From an uncultured virus (IMG/VR IMGVR_UViG_3300005683_000013) (taxonomy: Duplodnaviria > Heunggongvirae > Uroviricota > Caudoviricetes): a stretch of DNA of 64,000 bases. The notes beneath the pieces are model-generated. The model made no database searches. It was not told the origin of the DNA and was given only the letters and a program-made list of their open reading frames with translations. A program made the position numbers and the translations under genes. Positions 39,111 to 49,864 of this stretch are shown here, piece after piece. The first letter of the stretch is position 1. Each line of letters begins with the position of its first letter. The DNA lies in IMG/VR virus record IMGVR_UViG_3300005683_000013; one strand, written 5' to 3'.

Positions 39111-40082
39111 TCACGTTTTAAACGAATTAATTTTATCTTTGATTTTTTGTGGAGTTGAAGGATTTTCAGCAATTGCGTTACGAACGTTTTTGTCTTTGTC
39201 TTTTGACAATTCTTTTATGACTTTTATTGGTAAGTTGTGTTGTTGTGCGACATTCCATCTAACATTTGAATCTTTATCTTGCGATAGTTTTTCTAAAATT
39301 TCAGATGTAACGTTTGGATTGTATATGACGCCAACCTTATTAGAAAATTTCTTACTTTTACTAAATTTGTTCAATATTTCAACAGGTAGTGGAATATTTT
39401 TTGCTCGTAAAAGAATGTGTTTATACATCTGATGGTTGTTATTAGCTATTTCTAATAACTTATCAACGCTTAATAGATTCTTTTCAATAACAGCTTGTAT
39501 TAAACCATCATAAAATTGTTCATCTGAGTCAAGATTTTCATAAACTAAACGTTCTAAAATGTCAGGTGAAACTTGTTTGCCTGCAATTGCAACGTATTTA
39601 TACATGTATGTATATTTTTGTGCAAATTGTATCAACATTTCTAACGTCATCCAGTCTTTTCTAGCGATATATTTAACTACACTGTCATTTTGTGCAATGA
39701 AACGTTCTACAACATCCATCGGAATAATGGATTCTGTGTTCTTTAACACAAGCCTATACATGTCATCATCACGTTCTGACTCAGGAACCTGATCAATCGT
39801 TATTTCTTTACTTACTAATTTTGCAAGTGTACTCTTTGGCGCCGAGCTAGCAGCATTTTCAGCAATAGATAAGATTTGTTGAAGATTCTTCACACTTTTC
39901 AATGGTTTCGGTTTCTCAAATTCTGTATCAAGTGCGTCAAAGTATTGTTTCTGAACGATCTTGTTGTTAGAATCTCTTTGAAAAACAAGTGCGACTTTAT
40001 AATTGGGATCTTCTTGCGTCAGATCTTTGCGTAAAGCATAAATGAGAACAATATTTTGTCCAGAGTATTCTTCAAAAAGTTG
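39111..40082 (-). pseudogene. N-terminally truncated paralog C (PcfJ-like remnant + LRV repeats)
   Basis: Frame is open from 40082 (QLFEEYSGQNIVLIYALRKDL...YKVALVFQRD), with no ATG at the point where homology begins. Confidence 0.65.
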
Positions 40083-41084
40083 TTAAGATTCAAGCATTTG
40101 ATCATATTTTAATGCCCAAGACATCTTAACATCGTCAGGAATATATTCTTTGTCGACGATACAACCATATATTTCGCCCTCGCGGCCACCTTCGTTAACA
40201 ACTTTTTCATCAAGATCTTTAAGAAGACGATCGATCTCCTCAATTGATACTTCTTCTTCTCTTGAGTCTTCATCGAGTAAAGTGTATTGGACAACGTCAC
40301 TTGTCCGTTCTGATTCAGGAATCTCAGAATATTTGATTTCACCATTAAGCAATTTTGCCCAAGTACACTTTGGTGCGTTTTTTGCCGTATTTTCAGCGAT
40401 AGACAACACTTGTTCGAGGTTCTTCACGTCTTTCAGCGGAGTTGGTTTCTCGAATCCTATGTCTGGAGCGTTGAAGTATTGTTTTTCTATGATTTTATTT
40501 TTCAGATCTCTCTGAAAGACAAGAGCGACTTTGTAATTGGGATTTTCTTTTGTCAGATCTTTTCGCAACAAAAAGATCAGGATGACGTTTTTTCCAATAT
40601 ATTGTTGGAAATAATTCCTGTCACGCATCGTGACGCACCATTTTGTCCCAGAACCATAAGTCGTAGATGCATCTTTGGTTTTGATGAAATACGTCACAAC
40701 CTGTTCATCTTCATACAGTTTATCTGCGCCGCCTGCTTTCATCTCTCGTTTTTGTGTGGTTTTTGACTTTTCACCAGATTGTTCAAGTTCAAACAATCGA
40801 TCCCTGAGTTCGGTGAAGTTTTTCCACTTGTTTATGTCACGTTTATCAGAGTCAAATTTGTTCTGAAACTTATGAAATAAAACAATAACGTCACCAATCT
40901 CTTGAGCCAAAGCCTTACCGGAGATCAAGACCTTTACTGCATAATCGAGATACTTCTTCGTGGAAGATGGATCACGTTCAGACAGTTCTTTTATCTCGTC
41001 AGCATGATCAGGATACTTTGTTTGAAGGTTCTCAAGTTTGCCTTCAACAAGAAAATGAATGACAGATCTTTGTAATATTCTCAT
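40083..41084 (-). CDS. PcfJ-like domain protein (paralog B)
   Basis: About 250 N-terminal residues align by eye with paralog A. Confidence 0.75.
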   Translation of the reverse strand: MRILQRSVIHFLVEGKLENLQTKYPDHADEIKELSERDPSSTKKYLDYAVKVLISGKALAQEIGDVIVLFHKFQNKFDSDKRDINKWKNFTELRDRLFELEQSGEKSKTTQKREMKAGGADKLYEDEQVVTYFIKTKDASTTYGSGTKWCVTMRDRNYFQQYIGKNVILIFLLRKDLTKENPNYKVALVFQRDLKNKIIEKQYFNAPDIGFEKPTPLKDVKNLEQVLSIAENTAKNAPKCTWAKLLNGEIKYSEIPESERTSDVVQYTLLDEDSREEEVSIEEIDRLLKDLDEKVVNEGGREGEIYGCIVDKEYIPDDVKMSWALKYDQMLES

Positions 41085-41093
41085 GTTAGTTCT

Positions 41094-41423
41094 CTAAGCA
41101 ATCGGTTTTTCGGGAATTAGTTTTGGTACATTTTGAGTATGTTGTGATTTCAGATCGTGATCTCTCTTGACCATTTCTGAAACAGCTGAAAACAACAATT
41201 TCAAGTCTAGAGATCGACCTGACACTTCTTTTCTCGTTGAAGCGTAATCATCAATTATTCTTCTCCAATTTTTCTTGGAGTATTCTGTTGGATGCTTGTT
41301 CACTAACTGTCTAGCAATTGTGTCATAACGTTGTGTGTCAAACAACTCATCGTAATATTGTTGATCAATTTCATTCAACGCATCAGAAACAACTTTTTTC
41401 AACTCTTTGATCGTTAGTTTCAT
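41094..41423 (-). CDS. Hypothetical protein with shared leader
   Basis: MKLTIKELKKVVSDALNE. Confidence 0.6.
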   Translation of the reverse strand: MKLTIKELKKVVSDALNEIDQQYYDELFDTQRYDTIARQLVNKHPTEYSKKNWRRIIDDYASTRKEVSGRSLDLKLLFSAVSEMVKRDHDLKSQHTQNVPKLIPEKPIA

Positions 41424-41941
41424 GTTGAATTGCCTCGAAGCGATCGTTGACTTAGAAGAAACACATGAGACTCATGTTTGTCGGCAAGACTACCAAGCAT
41501 GTTTTCAATTCCAAGCGAAAGTTTTCGTGATGCCTTGAGTGATACGATCACTAAATCAATCACTTTCAATAAAAATTTCTCAAAGTCAAGAGAGACATTT
41601 ATCAAGTTATCACATGCTGGTACATCGTATGGTAACGTAGACAATAAACTTGAAATAATCGTGTCTATTTGTTGCGATTGTTTGACGACGTCAACGCCTT
41701 TTATGTTACTCAATCCAACGATTTTTTCTGCAACAGAATCAACTTCGTCGTTTGTTTCACTATAAAGACGCTCAAATAATAAATGGTCGCCATAGAAGGG
41801 TTCTCCTCTTGACGACCAATGATTTGTCTGGTGTACTCGAGCCACCGCTAGAAGTGACGTTAGCAACACAGATAAGCAATCATACTCTGACACGTTCCAG
41901 TCGACACACCAAGTTGCGAAGTCTTCAGTTAGATAGTGCAT
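41420..41941 (-). CDS. Dps/ferritin-like protein
   Basis: HQTNHW...HLLFERLY...DSVAEK. Confidence 0.8.
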   Translation of the reverse strand: MHYLTEDFATWCVDWNVSEYDCLSVLLTSLLAVARVHQTNHWSSRGEPFYGDHLLFERLYSETNDEVDSVAEKIVGLSNIKGVDVVKQSQQIDTIISSLLSTLPYDVPACDNLINVSLDFEKFLLKVIDLVIVSLKASRKLSLGIENMLGSLADKHESHVFLLSQRSLRGNST

Positions 41942-41978
41942 AAATCTAACAATAACTATTCAACTTGGTGTGTCGAAC

Positions 41979-42503
41979 CTATATTGAATCATCAAATGGA
42001 AATTTTGGATCCCAATTGATTTTTCCTTTATCTAGAATTCCAAGACGAGACGCAGTGATTGGTGTCAGCGACCATACTTCGTTTGTCAAGTGCGCATCTG
42101 GAACGCAGTATTTCAAGTATTTTTCTTTTGTGATATCTGATTTTTGCAAACCCGATACTCGGGATTGATATTCCACAAAATCACTCCACAAAAAATCAAT
42201 TCCATATTGAGAGCATCCTTCAGGCATATAAGGTTTTGGGACGAATCTACAATCAATCATGTTTGCAATTGACTTCACACCATAAATGAAGCGTTTAATT
42301 GTTGACATCGGACCAGCATCAATTGCTTTCAACGCTAAGTCAATTCTTGTTGAAAAACACACTCTTGGCGTGATAGGATCTTCTATGTCTTCATTTTCAT
42401 CATCTTCAAAACGCATTCTTGGAATTCTTGGTTCAAGAACAACTTCTTCGCCGAGATCACGGCTTGTCACATGAAAATACTTCCAATCCCAAATTGTTGA
42501 CAA
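41979..42503 (-). CDS. Putative ADP-ribosyltransferase-fold protein
   Basis: YFHVT, PRVCFS, TNEVW (H-S-E pattern). Confidence 0.5.
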   Translation of the reverse strand: MSTIWDWKYFHVTSRDLGEEVVLEPRIPRMRFEDDENEDIEDPITPRVCFSTRIDLALKAIDAGPMSTIKRFIYGVKSIANMIDCRFVPKPYMPEGCSQYGIDFLWSDFVEYQSRVSGLQKSDITKEKYLKYCVPDAHLTNEVWSLTPITASRLGILDKGKINWDPKFPFDDSI

Positions 42504-42513
42504 AAAACATCTC

Positions 42514-42969
42514 CTAAATTTCTTTAATCATATGCCTTACAGTAGATAACCAAAATGGGCCACACTCTAGTGAGCATAAAATTAACTGCTCATGATTAAA
42601 ATGATTGCAAATTTCCTGTTCTTCAGGTGTAAATTTTGTTATGTCACCTTCAAAAATATGTTCTCCAACCTCTATTCGTAACACGTTATTTTCAATTCTA
42701 AGCCATGGTTGTTCTTCATCATATGCAATTTTCTTTGCATACAAAGAACAATCACACATCAATTCATTCATTGAGGTGTATTTTTCATTTTTTCGCTTTT
42801 TCACTAACGTCCAAAATCCCATGTCAGTTGCAAATAACGTAAACTTAGTCGTGTCATCAAGCGTGATTTCACATATTGATTCGTCAAGCGGTGATTCTTT
42901 TACTGAAATTACAGTCTTGTTCTCTAAGAGATTTTTAAGTTGTTGTAAAGAATCAGTTTTTAAACTCAT
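42514..42969 (-). CDS. Hypothetical protein
   Basis: 151-aa ORF. Confidence 0.55.
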   Translation of the reverse strand: MSLKTDSLQQLKNLLENKTVISVKESPLDESICEITLDDTTKFTLFATDMGFWTLVKKRKNEKYTSMNELMCDCSLYAKKIAYDEEQPWLRIENNVLRIEVGEHIFEGDITKFTPEEQEICNHFNHEQLILCSLECGPFWLSTVRHMIKEI

Positions 42970-43120
42970 GTGCCTGGGTGATCCACCGTAACAAATCCTG
43001 TAAATTCATATTGTGCCATCGAATGCACAATATTTTCTTCAATATCAATCTTAGAATAACCAAGTTCTGACATCATATCGCGGGCAACTTCAAGGTAAAG
43101 TTCTAGATCTTGTAAAGCGT

Positions 43121-43411
43121 TCATGACAAATCTCCTTGTTCTTGTGACTCATTTGAAAAAACAGTAGAATTCAATGACCGTGTTGCTTCATAAGCAGTGA
43201 ATTCATCATCCTCAAGATACAACGTGTCATAAAAACTTTCAAATGACACATCAACAATTCCAGAATCCGTTTCTGACAAAATCGTTTTCATCATCTCAAC
43301 TAACCTTTCCTTTGAATAACCTGCGTTAAATAACGCAATCACAGCATTCTTATAAGCTTCTTCCAAAACTGCGTTAGTGTCAACTAAAGTTACTTGATCT
43401 AAGTTAAACAT
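43121..43411 (-). CDS. Hypothetical protein
   Basis: 96-aa ORF with RBS. Confidence 0.55.
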   Translation of the reverse strand: MFNLDQVTLVDTNAVLEEAYKNAVIALFNAGYSKERLVEMMKTILSETDSGIVDVSFESFYDTLYLEDDEFTAYEATRSLNSTVFSNESQEQGDLS

Positions 43412-43444
43412 GTTATTTCCTTATAATTGACAACATACATTGAA

Positions 43445-44029
43445 TTAAATGTGCACGTAATGTGACCAGTCGTCATGCCAAGAAGAGTCACATCGTTTGA
43501 TGTTCCAGAAATGAACAGACACAGGCGTCGTCGGAATCTTTGATAACTTCATACCTGCCTGTTGTGGAGTTTTATCACCCTTTAGGCGATTGCATGCTTG
43601 ACAACAAGTCACACAATTTTTCCAATTTGTTTGTCCACCTTGTGACTTTGGAATCACATGATCAATCGTCGCTACGTTATTCAAGACTTTTTTGTTGCAG
43701 TATTGACACGTGTAATCGTCTCTAACAAAAACAACACTACGTCTGTAATGAGGTGTCTTATACCTACGATTCACCCAACAATTCAATCGCAACGTTGCAG
43801 GCATTATCAATGGTTGACGTGTTGGCCCGAACTTTGGCAACAACACATCATCCCACGTAGACAACACGTCAACCTTGTTTCGCAGCAATAACGAAACTGC
43901 TCTTTTGGGAGTGACAAATGCAATCGGAGTGTTTGACGAATTTAATAGCAATATACGTTTCACGACGACACCTCGTTTGAAACTACTGTTATAAGTGTAA
44001 CATTTCTTCAATAGTTGTATACGCTTCAC
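43445..44029 (-). CDS. HNH endonuclease
   Basis: RDDYTCQYC, TIDHVIP, WKNCVTCCQACN; real start may be about 20 codons downstream. Confidence 0.9.
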   Translation of the reverse strand: MKRIQLLKKCYTYNSSFKRGVVVKRILLLNSSNTPIAFVTPKRAVSLLLRNKVDVLSTWDDVLLPKFGPTRQPLIMPATLRLNCWVNRRYKTPHYRRSVVFVRDDYTCQYCNKKVLNNVATIDHVIPKSQGGQTNWKNCVTCCQACNRLKGDKTPQQAGMKLSKIPTTPVSVHFWNIKRCDSSWHDDWSHYVHI

Positions 44030-44567
44030 TAGTCAAATCAACGTTTCCAGTGTCCAACAACACTCTTTCTAACGTCACAGGAAAGAAATCGTGTCTGTCC
44101 ACTGCACAATTAAATTGACCAACGTGATCTGGTGACAATCCATGATCATGACCGTGAACTAACAATCGAGGTTTTAATTCATCATAAAGTTCTATGAATC
44201 CTCTATGTTTTTGAAATGACTGTGGTGGAACATGATGAAACATGATATTTTGTGAATGATGTAATCGACACACCTTTTTGAACCCACAATCAATATAGAA
44301 ATCACGTTTTTGATGATCATGATTTCCCATCACTAAAATTTTTTGACCGTGAAGCCTCTTTAAAAGAATTGAAAATTCTTCAATCCTTCCAGACAATCCA
44401 GCAGACAAGTCACCAACATGAACGATAATATCATCATGTTTAACTGTATCGTTCCATCTTTTTTCCATTTCAACGTTCATATGTTCTGCGTCCGAAAACG
44501 ATCTAGAACAATACTTGATGATGTTTGAATGGAAAAAATGATGATCGCTTGCTAAAAATATGCTCAC
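43989..44567 (-). CDS. Calcineurin-like metallophosphoesterase
   Basis: SDHH, GDL, GNHD, HGHDH. Confidence 0.9.
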   Translation of the reverse strand: MSIFLASDHHFFHSNIIKYCSRSFSDAEHMNVEMEKRWNDTVKHDDIIVHVGDLSAGLSGRIEEFSILLKRLHGQKILVMGNHDHQKRDFYIDCGFKKVCRLHHSQNIMFHHVPPQSFQKHRGFIELYDELKPRLLVHGHDHGLSPDHVGQFNCAVDRHDFFPVTLERVLLDTGNVDLTSEAYTTIEEMLHL

Positions 44568-46084
44568 TTACAACCTCCTAATATTTCCCAAATCTTTTCT
44601 TTTTGTTCTTGAGAAACAGGAGGAAGATTTGCAAAAAACCTTTTCTTGTCGCCTTTTCTTATCCAAGATCTCATCTCAACACCACTTACTTTTACAGTAG
44701 AAGAACGTGGCACACCAATTGACCACACGCGACGTTTTTTTGCAAGATTTGGTGCAATCTCTAGTAAATTTTCATATTTCCATGTATGAGCATCTTTGTC
44801 ATCTGTAAAAATTGAAAATTTCACTACGTCAAACAATGAACTGTCTTTTTCAAAATTCTCAAGTCGATGACGCACTTCAAGAACTGGTGATTCACAAAAG
44901 ATAATCTCAACGTTTTCAGGCAACAATGGTATCAAGATCTGCTTCCAAACATGCATCATTTTAATGCCAGAAACGTATCCCAATTCATCGTCTTCTCTGT
45001 CTTTTGTCGAAACAATAAGAAAAACTTTGTCATTACGTTCGGATGCTATTTGTATCATCTTCCAATGACCAATATGCACAGGTTTTCCTGACATTGGATA
45101 GAACGCAACGTTTGAAAGATCGACAACAGATTGATCAATCTCTCTAATCAACTTTGCAGTTAAAAACATGTCATCTTGTAACATCAAGAGCGTTTTTTTA
45201 TCATTTTTTGTCAAAAACTCAACTCTTTTCATTGAATAAACTGTTTTTGACAACTTTGACAAATAATCAACGTGAACATCAGTGGTAATTGATTCGTTGA
45301 TCCTTCTAGCATGATTACGAGTCACTGACCAATACGATGCTTCGCTAGATCGATCTTGAATCCATCTCTGTTTCTTTTCCCAACGAGCATCTTTGTCGTA
45401 TTGATCTTTTGTAACAATCTTCAAAAATTCGTCAGTCTCTTCAACGTACACAACAACACCCTCTGCTTTTCCTCCGAGACATGATTCAAAATTTTCATAC
45501 GTTGAAACGAAACTTTCAAAATCTGAAAACGACGCCTTTGGAATTCCCGAAAAGAGAATTGGCGGCCGAGGTATCTCAAGGACACTCGAATAATCTTCAA
45601 TTTCTTGGTTGGTGAATACCCTACAAAGCAACAAAAAAATTCTGTGGGTGCCCGAATGGGCCAGAGAATGGCCACCAGATATCAGATACATGTCATGATA
45701 ACGACCGTAGTCTCTTGTTAATGTTTGTTTGTTTTGGATGAACTCAACAAAAAACTCAGAATTTAACGGAATCTCTTTTGTTTTATGATGAATTTTCTCT
45801 AAGTGTCTATGAACGTAAGCGTATTGACTAATTCCAATTGAATCTGTTTTCACTCGATCCAATTTTTTCAAACCATCAAACTCTTCTTTATACAAAATGT
45901 TGTCTTTATATGACACAATCCAATTTTTTGTATAATCTTTGTCCCACGGAACATCATTACGATATAACGTAAGTTTTGTTCCGTCAAATTTCTCTCTAAT
46001 CACGACACGTCGTTTCATTAACGCATCTCTTGTACAAGAGATTGAACATGCTTTACGAACAGTTCTTATGGATAAATCAATCAT
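44564..46084 (-). CDS. Ligase-like (KxDG) domain fused to HxGH nucleotidyltransferase
   Basis: EKFDG, VEF, EGVV, LKI; KPVHIGH and SGVEMR. Confidence 0.7.
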   Translation of the reverse strand: MIDLSIRTVRKACSISCTRDALMKRRVVIREKFDGTKLTLYRNDVPWDKDYTKNWIVSYKDNILYKEEFDGLKKLDRVKTDSIGISQYAYVHRHLEKIHHKTKEIPLNSEFFVEFIQNKQTLTRDYGRYHDMYLISGGHSLAHSGTHRIFLLLCRVFTNQEIEDYSSVLEIPRPPILFSGIPKASFSDFESFVSTYENFESCLGGKAEGVVVYVEETDEFLKIVTKDQYDKDARWEKKQRWIQDRSSEASYWSVTRNHARRINESITTDVHVDYLSKLSKTVYSMKRVEFLTKNDKKTLLMLQDDMFLTAKLIREIDQSVVDLSNVAFYPMSGKPVHIGHWKMIQIASERNDKVFLIVSTKDREDDELGYVSGIKMMHVWKQILIPLLPENVEIIFCESPVLEVRHRLENFEKDSSLFDVVKFSIFTDDKDAHTWKYENLLEIAPNLAKKRRVWSIGVPRSSTVKVSGVEMRSWIRKGDKKRFFANLPPVSQEQKEKIWEILGGCK

Positions 46085-47210
46085 TGTTCCTCATAGCATA
46101 ACAAGAATAATACTTGTTCATAAGCATCTGAACGTCAACGTTACTACGTGATAAAAATGGAAACTTTTCTATCATGCTTTTAATGATAGACAATTTGACA
46201 TCTTTGTCAATTAACGCAGAATCTCTATCAAGTTTTTGTCCTTGACCAAACAACTTATATGTAACTAATTGTTCAAACATTGAGATCAATGTTTTTTCTG
46301 ATACATACGTTGAACACAAATCCATCAAACCATGAAACGACCAAAAAGATCGTAACTCATCTTCTGATGGTTCTACGTTAAATAACGATTGAAATATTTT
46401 TCTCAAATCCTTCTCATAAGTTGATTTTGAGATATCAATTTCTTTGTACGCGATTTTTCCGTTTATCATAATGTCATTACCAAAAAAATCGCGTTGTCGT
46501 TCTAATCTAACTCTCAACCCATTATCAACGGAAAATGACAACATTCTAACTGGAGTGTGTTGAACTTTGATCCTGGCTTTGTACGGTGATAACGAAGATT
46601 TTTCCGTAAGAACAACTACGTTATCAGTTGACATCACAGTCCACGCAAGCATCATTAACAGATACTTGTGACCAAGACCTTTGATGCCTAACTTCACATC
46701 ATTCCAATCACTAGAGTGCGCAAATTTAGAAAAACACGTTGGCATTCCATTCACAAACTCAACACCTTCAAAATCAATTTGAACGTATTTGTTGTCTATC
46801 TTAAACACAGAATTGATTTGTGAACCTCTAAGCGCAGATACATTTTGTCCAAGATACGTAACGTTTGGTAACAGTTGAATGCCCTCGAACTCAATCAACA
46901 ATTGAAACAATTTTTCTAAATGATCTGATGAAATCATCACATCAATGTCACCGACACTTGGTTTGTGTTTCAACAACTCATCTGTTGATATTGAAACATC
47001 AAATAAGTGTCTTGAAGACCCAGAAAATTGTGGTGACCCACGCCAAAGAGGAAAGTGAAATTTTGCAAAAAATGCCTTGTTAATCTTTGACAACAATTGT
47101 GTTGTTGTCTCACAAAGGCGTTCTCTTGAAATTTCAAGTAAACTAACTCTTTCGGCATAAGCTATAATAGCGTTAGTTTCTCTATTGATTGCTTTTGAAT
47201 TTCCGCCCAT
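46077..47210 (-). CDS. Pol-beta-like nucleotidyltransferase
   Basis: GSS...GDIDV...VQIDF. Confidence 0.6.
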   Translation of the reverse strand: MGGNSKAINRETNAIIAYAERVSLLEISRERLCETTTQLLSKINKAFFAKFHFPLWRGSPQFSGSSRHLFDVSISTDELLKHKPSVGDIDVMISSDHLEKLFQLLIEFEGIQLLPNVTYLGQNVSALRGSQINSVFKIDNKYVQIDFEGVEFVNGMPTCFSKFAHSSDWNDVKLGIKGLGHKYLLMMLAWTVMSTDNVVVLTEKSSLSPYKARIKVQHTPVRMLSFSVDNGLRVRLERQRDFFGNDIMINGKIAYKEIDISKSTYEKDLRKIFQSLFNVEPSEDELRSFWSFHGLMDLCSTYVSEKTLISMFEQLVTYKLFGQGQKLDRDSALIDKDVKLSIIKSMIEKFPFLSRSNVDVQMLMNKYYSCYAMRNND

Positions 47211-47212
47211 TT

Positions 47213-48274
47213 TTATACATTGAAATCAAAATCGAAATTAAAACGTTCAGTTGGTTTTGTGAGCAAGGCGTCAAGAGCTGGATTTGTTTTCGTGTTGGTG
47301 CCTTGAACGATTATGTTGTATGTTTCTTCATCATCACAATTTTCATACATTGTCATAAACAACACAAGTTCGTCTCTAGTAAAAATACCTTTTCGAATCA
47401 ACTCTGCTGTGTGCATTTTTATTTTGCGTTTCGGTGTCTGACCCATTTCTGAAGTCGTAATATTTTTTGAATACTCTGTCCATAACCATTCAACAAATTT
47501 TTTATGACTTGTTTCAGTGAGTCCAGAGTATCCATGTTTAGCGACATACTTTGCAATTCTAGAAATGATGTTGCCGTTGGACCAATTGACAATTTCTAGT
47601 TTGTTAGATTTTTCAACATCTTGTCGTTTATCATCTTCCCAAACAGTTGTTTTGTTAAACCCGATCATTGAGTTTCGCAAATCAAAACTTTGAATGACGT
47701 CTATCGGATTTCCCAACGTGCATTTAATCGCTTGAACATTATACCTTCTGTCTATGTCACAAATATTGAATTTTTTATGAGTTCTACCTGTGAAATTAAT
47801 GTTAAATGCATATTTTGCTACTGAGTTAGTGACATGAATGTCAACATTATCTGTAATGACACTGATAAAACTTGAAAGTGATGAAACATTTGGAAACCAG
47901 ACATCGACATCTGACGAACTTCGAAATCGAAAAAGTTCTTTCTTTTCATCCTGGGAACCGTCTGGGGTTTTCAACCCATTCGAGGACGTCAATATACGTG
48001 GATACCCGCCGGCAACATACCCGTTATACGAAAATGCTAAATTCAATAATCCAGCGAGAGTTGGATAATACTTCAGCGTAAACGACCATAACGATGAATC
48101 TTTTCTTTCAGAAATCATTTTATTCTGCTCCCAAAGAAAACGTTTCCCAGTGTGGATTTCCGTATTGTGCAGCGCCCACGAACACTTCGAGATTTTTCTG
48201 TGCAACGAATCTACAAGATTCATGTGTGTGGCCACAAAACACAGAAATTTCTTGATCTGGAAACTCATTTGCAA
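47213..48274 (-). CDS. Nucleotidyltransferase (polyA/CCA head-like)
   Basis: VAGGYPR, DVDVWF, VQAI, SFDL; start probably downstream of 48274. Confidence 0.6.
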   Translation of the reverse strand: MQMSFQIKKFLCFVATHMNLVDSLHRKISKCSWALHNTEIHTGKRFLWEQNKMISERKDSSLWSFTLKYYPTLAGLLNLAFSYNGYVAGGYPRILTSSNGLKTPDGSQDEKKELFRFRSSSDVDVWFPNVSSLSSFISVITDNVDIHVTNSVAKYAFNINFTGRTHKKFNICDIDRRYNVQAIKCTLGNPIDVIQSFDLRNSMIGFNKTTVWEDDKRQDVEKSNKLEIVNWSNGNIISRIAKYVAKHGYSGLTETSHKKFVEWLWTEYSKNITTSEMGQTPKRKIKMHTAELIRKGIFTRDELVLFMTMYENCDDEETYNIIVQGTNTKTNPALDALLTKPTERFNFDFDFNV

Positions 48275-48971
48275 GTTTCAACAGTGTGTCTCCCATCACC
48301 TTTGACGAATACCAAGGAAATGCATCAACCTCACTTGGTCCGCCATTCCACCTCATTGCATCAGTGAACGGTGGAAAGTGCGTAAACACTATCAATCTTT
48401 TATTTCCTTGTTCTAAGGCTGTTTTTCCATGTGTATAAACATGGTCTGCAGCAAGATCAGCTCTGTATCTTGACACGTTTACAATTGCATTCATGTCGAT
48501 TCCTGGCATCATGCCACCTAAATTGACAGAAATGAAAGGATGATAGTTGTAAATGTGGTACCAATCATTCATTGTAATGTTTGAAGTGTTCCAATCACCA
48601 TTCCTTGCATCGTACCATCCATCGTGGCCCACAAGTGCGATCTGGTCACTTAGTTGAATAATGTTGGTTCCACTCAACCAGACAAGCTTTGAATTTTCTA
48701 GTGTCAACCTACGACATGTATTTTCAACGTCACTAAACGTTGAATGCCAAAAATCGTGATTTCCTAACACGAAATAAACTGGCAAATCTAAAATGGAAGA
48801 CAATAATGTCAAATCTTCTTCAAGAGAGTGTGATTCTGAAATGTCTCCAGAAATACACACTGAAATAACATCAGAAGACAACGATCTTTTTACGTATTTT
48901 AGCCACTTAATCGTTTGGTCCGTTTTCAGAACGTTTAAATGTATGTCAGTCATCCAACAAAATTTTGACAT
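48120..48971 (-). CDS. Calcineurin-like metallophosphoesterase
   Basis: TDIH, GDIS, GNHD, THFPP, GHTH. Confidence 0.9.
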   Translation of the reverse strand: MSKFCWMTDIHLNVLKTDQTIKWLKYVKRSLSSDVISVCISGDISESHSLEEDLTLLSSILDLPVYFVLGNHDFWHSTFSDVENTCRRLTLENSKLVWLSGTNIIQLSDQIALVGHDGWYDARNGDWNTSNITMNDWYHIYNYHPFISVNLGGMMPGIDMNAIVNVSRYRADLAADHVYTHGKTALEQGNKRLIVFTHFPPFTDAMRWNGGPSEVDAFPWYSSKVMGDTLLKLANEFPDQEISVFCGHTHESCRFVAQKNLEVFVGAAQYGNPHWETFSLGAE

Positions 48972-48975
48972 GTTT

Positions 48976-49569
48976 TTATGTTCTTGATTTCAGACGTTCA
49001 ATCATGTAAATAACGTGTGGCCAACTTAGAGCTCTTTCAACTCGATTTTGACAATACTTGTCGATGCTGTTTAAATTAAACCCATGATTATGAGGTAAAT
49101 CCCACAACAACGCATACCCTTTAGGATGTGCTTCTATCCAACTCACAATGTTTTCGGGTCTGTCATCAATGAACAAATCTCCATCAACAACGTGTTTTGC
49201 TGACGTTTGAATGATGTGCTCTTTATCGATTCCAAATTTAGTGTTTAACCACATCCTTCTATCAAGATCCCAGTTGTATGCATCAAAAGACGCAGTGACA
49301 ACAAACACTTCACCAATTTCATTCATAAATTTAAGAGCAGGCCCAGCGCCGGGAACTTCATTCATTCTTAGACAAAAACCGTTTGTCTCTACATCGGCAC
49401 GCATCAACGCATAAAAGTTTGTAAGTCCCAAGCAACCGAACGTGTCCCAACTTGTCAATTGATCACGATCATAACGTTTTCCAGTCTCGCGTTCAATTAG
49501 ATCAAGCGCAGAGCCCTCGAAGTCAGAAAGAGGACCATCACAATCAACTAAAATTCTAATTTTCTTCAC
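48976..49569 (-). CDS. HAD 5'(3')-deoxyribonucleotidase
   Basis: DCDGPL, VTA, FIDD, PHN. Confidence 0.85.
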   Translation of the reverse strand: MKKIRILVDCDGPLSDFEGSALDLIERETGKRYDRDQLTSWDTFGCLGLTNFYALMRADVETNGFCLRMNEVPGAGPALKFMNEIGEVFVVTASFDAYNWDLDRRMWLNTKFGIDKEHIIQTSAKHVVDGDLFIDDRPENIVSWIEAHPKGYALLWDLPHNHGFNLNSIDKYCQNRVERALSWPHVIYMIERLKSRT

Positions 49570-49811
49570 TTAACACCAGCTTGAACACAACGATTTGGTG
49601 CATCATTGACAAATTTTAGAACGTCACTAAATTGTTCATCATCAAGATCTTTATACGACGATCCAAACTTCGTTTTAATTTCTCTCCAAAGATGTGCATA
49701 ATGATTTCTGACAGGATGACCATCGATCGGCTTCAATAAATTGTTGCGTTTCAAATAATCACCAGTGACACTCACCATCGCAACGATAATTTTACAATTT
49801 TCAGGACTCAT
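49566..49811 (-). CDS. Hypothetical protein
   Basis: 81-aa ORF, KFGSSYKDL. Confidence 0.55.
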   Translation of the reverse strand: MSPENCKIIVAMVSVTGDYLKRNNLLKPIDGHPVRNHYAHLWREIKTKFGSSYKDLDDEQFSDVLKFVNDAPNRCVQAGVK

Positions 49812-49864
49812 ACAATGATGGTATAATACCTCATAGTTGTGTTCACAAGAACCTACTTACTGTT

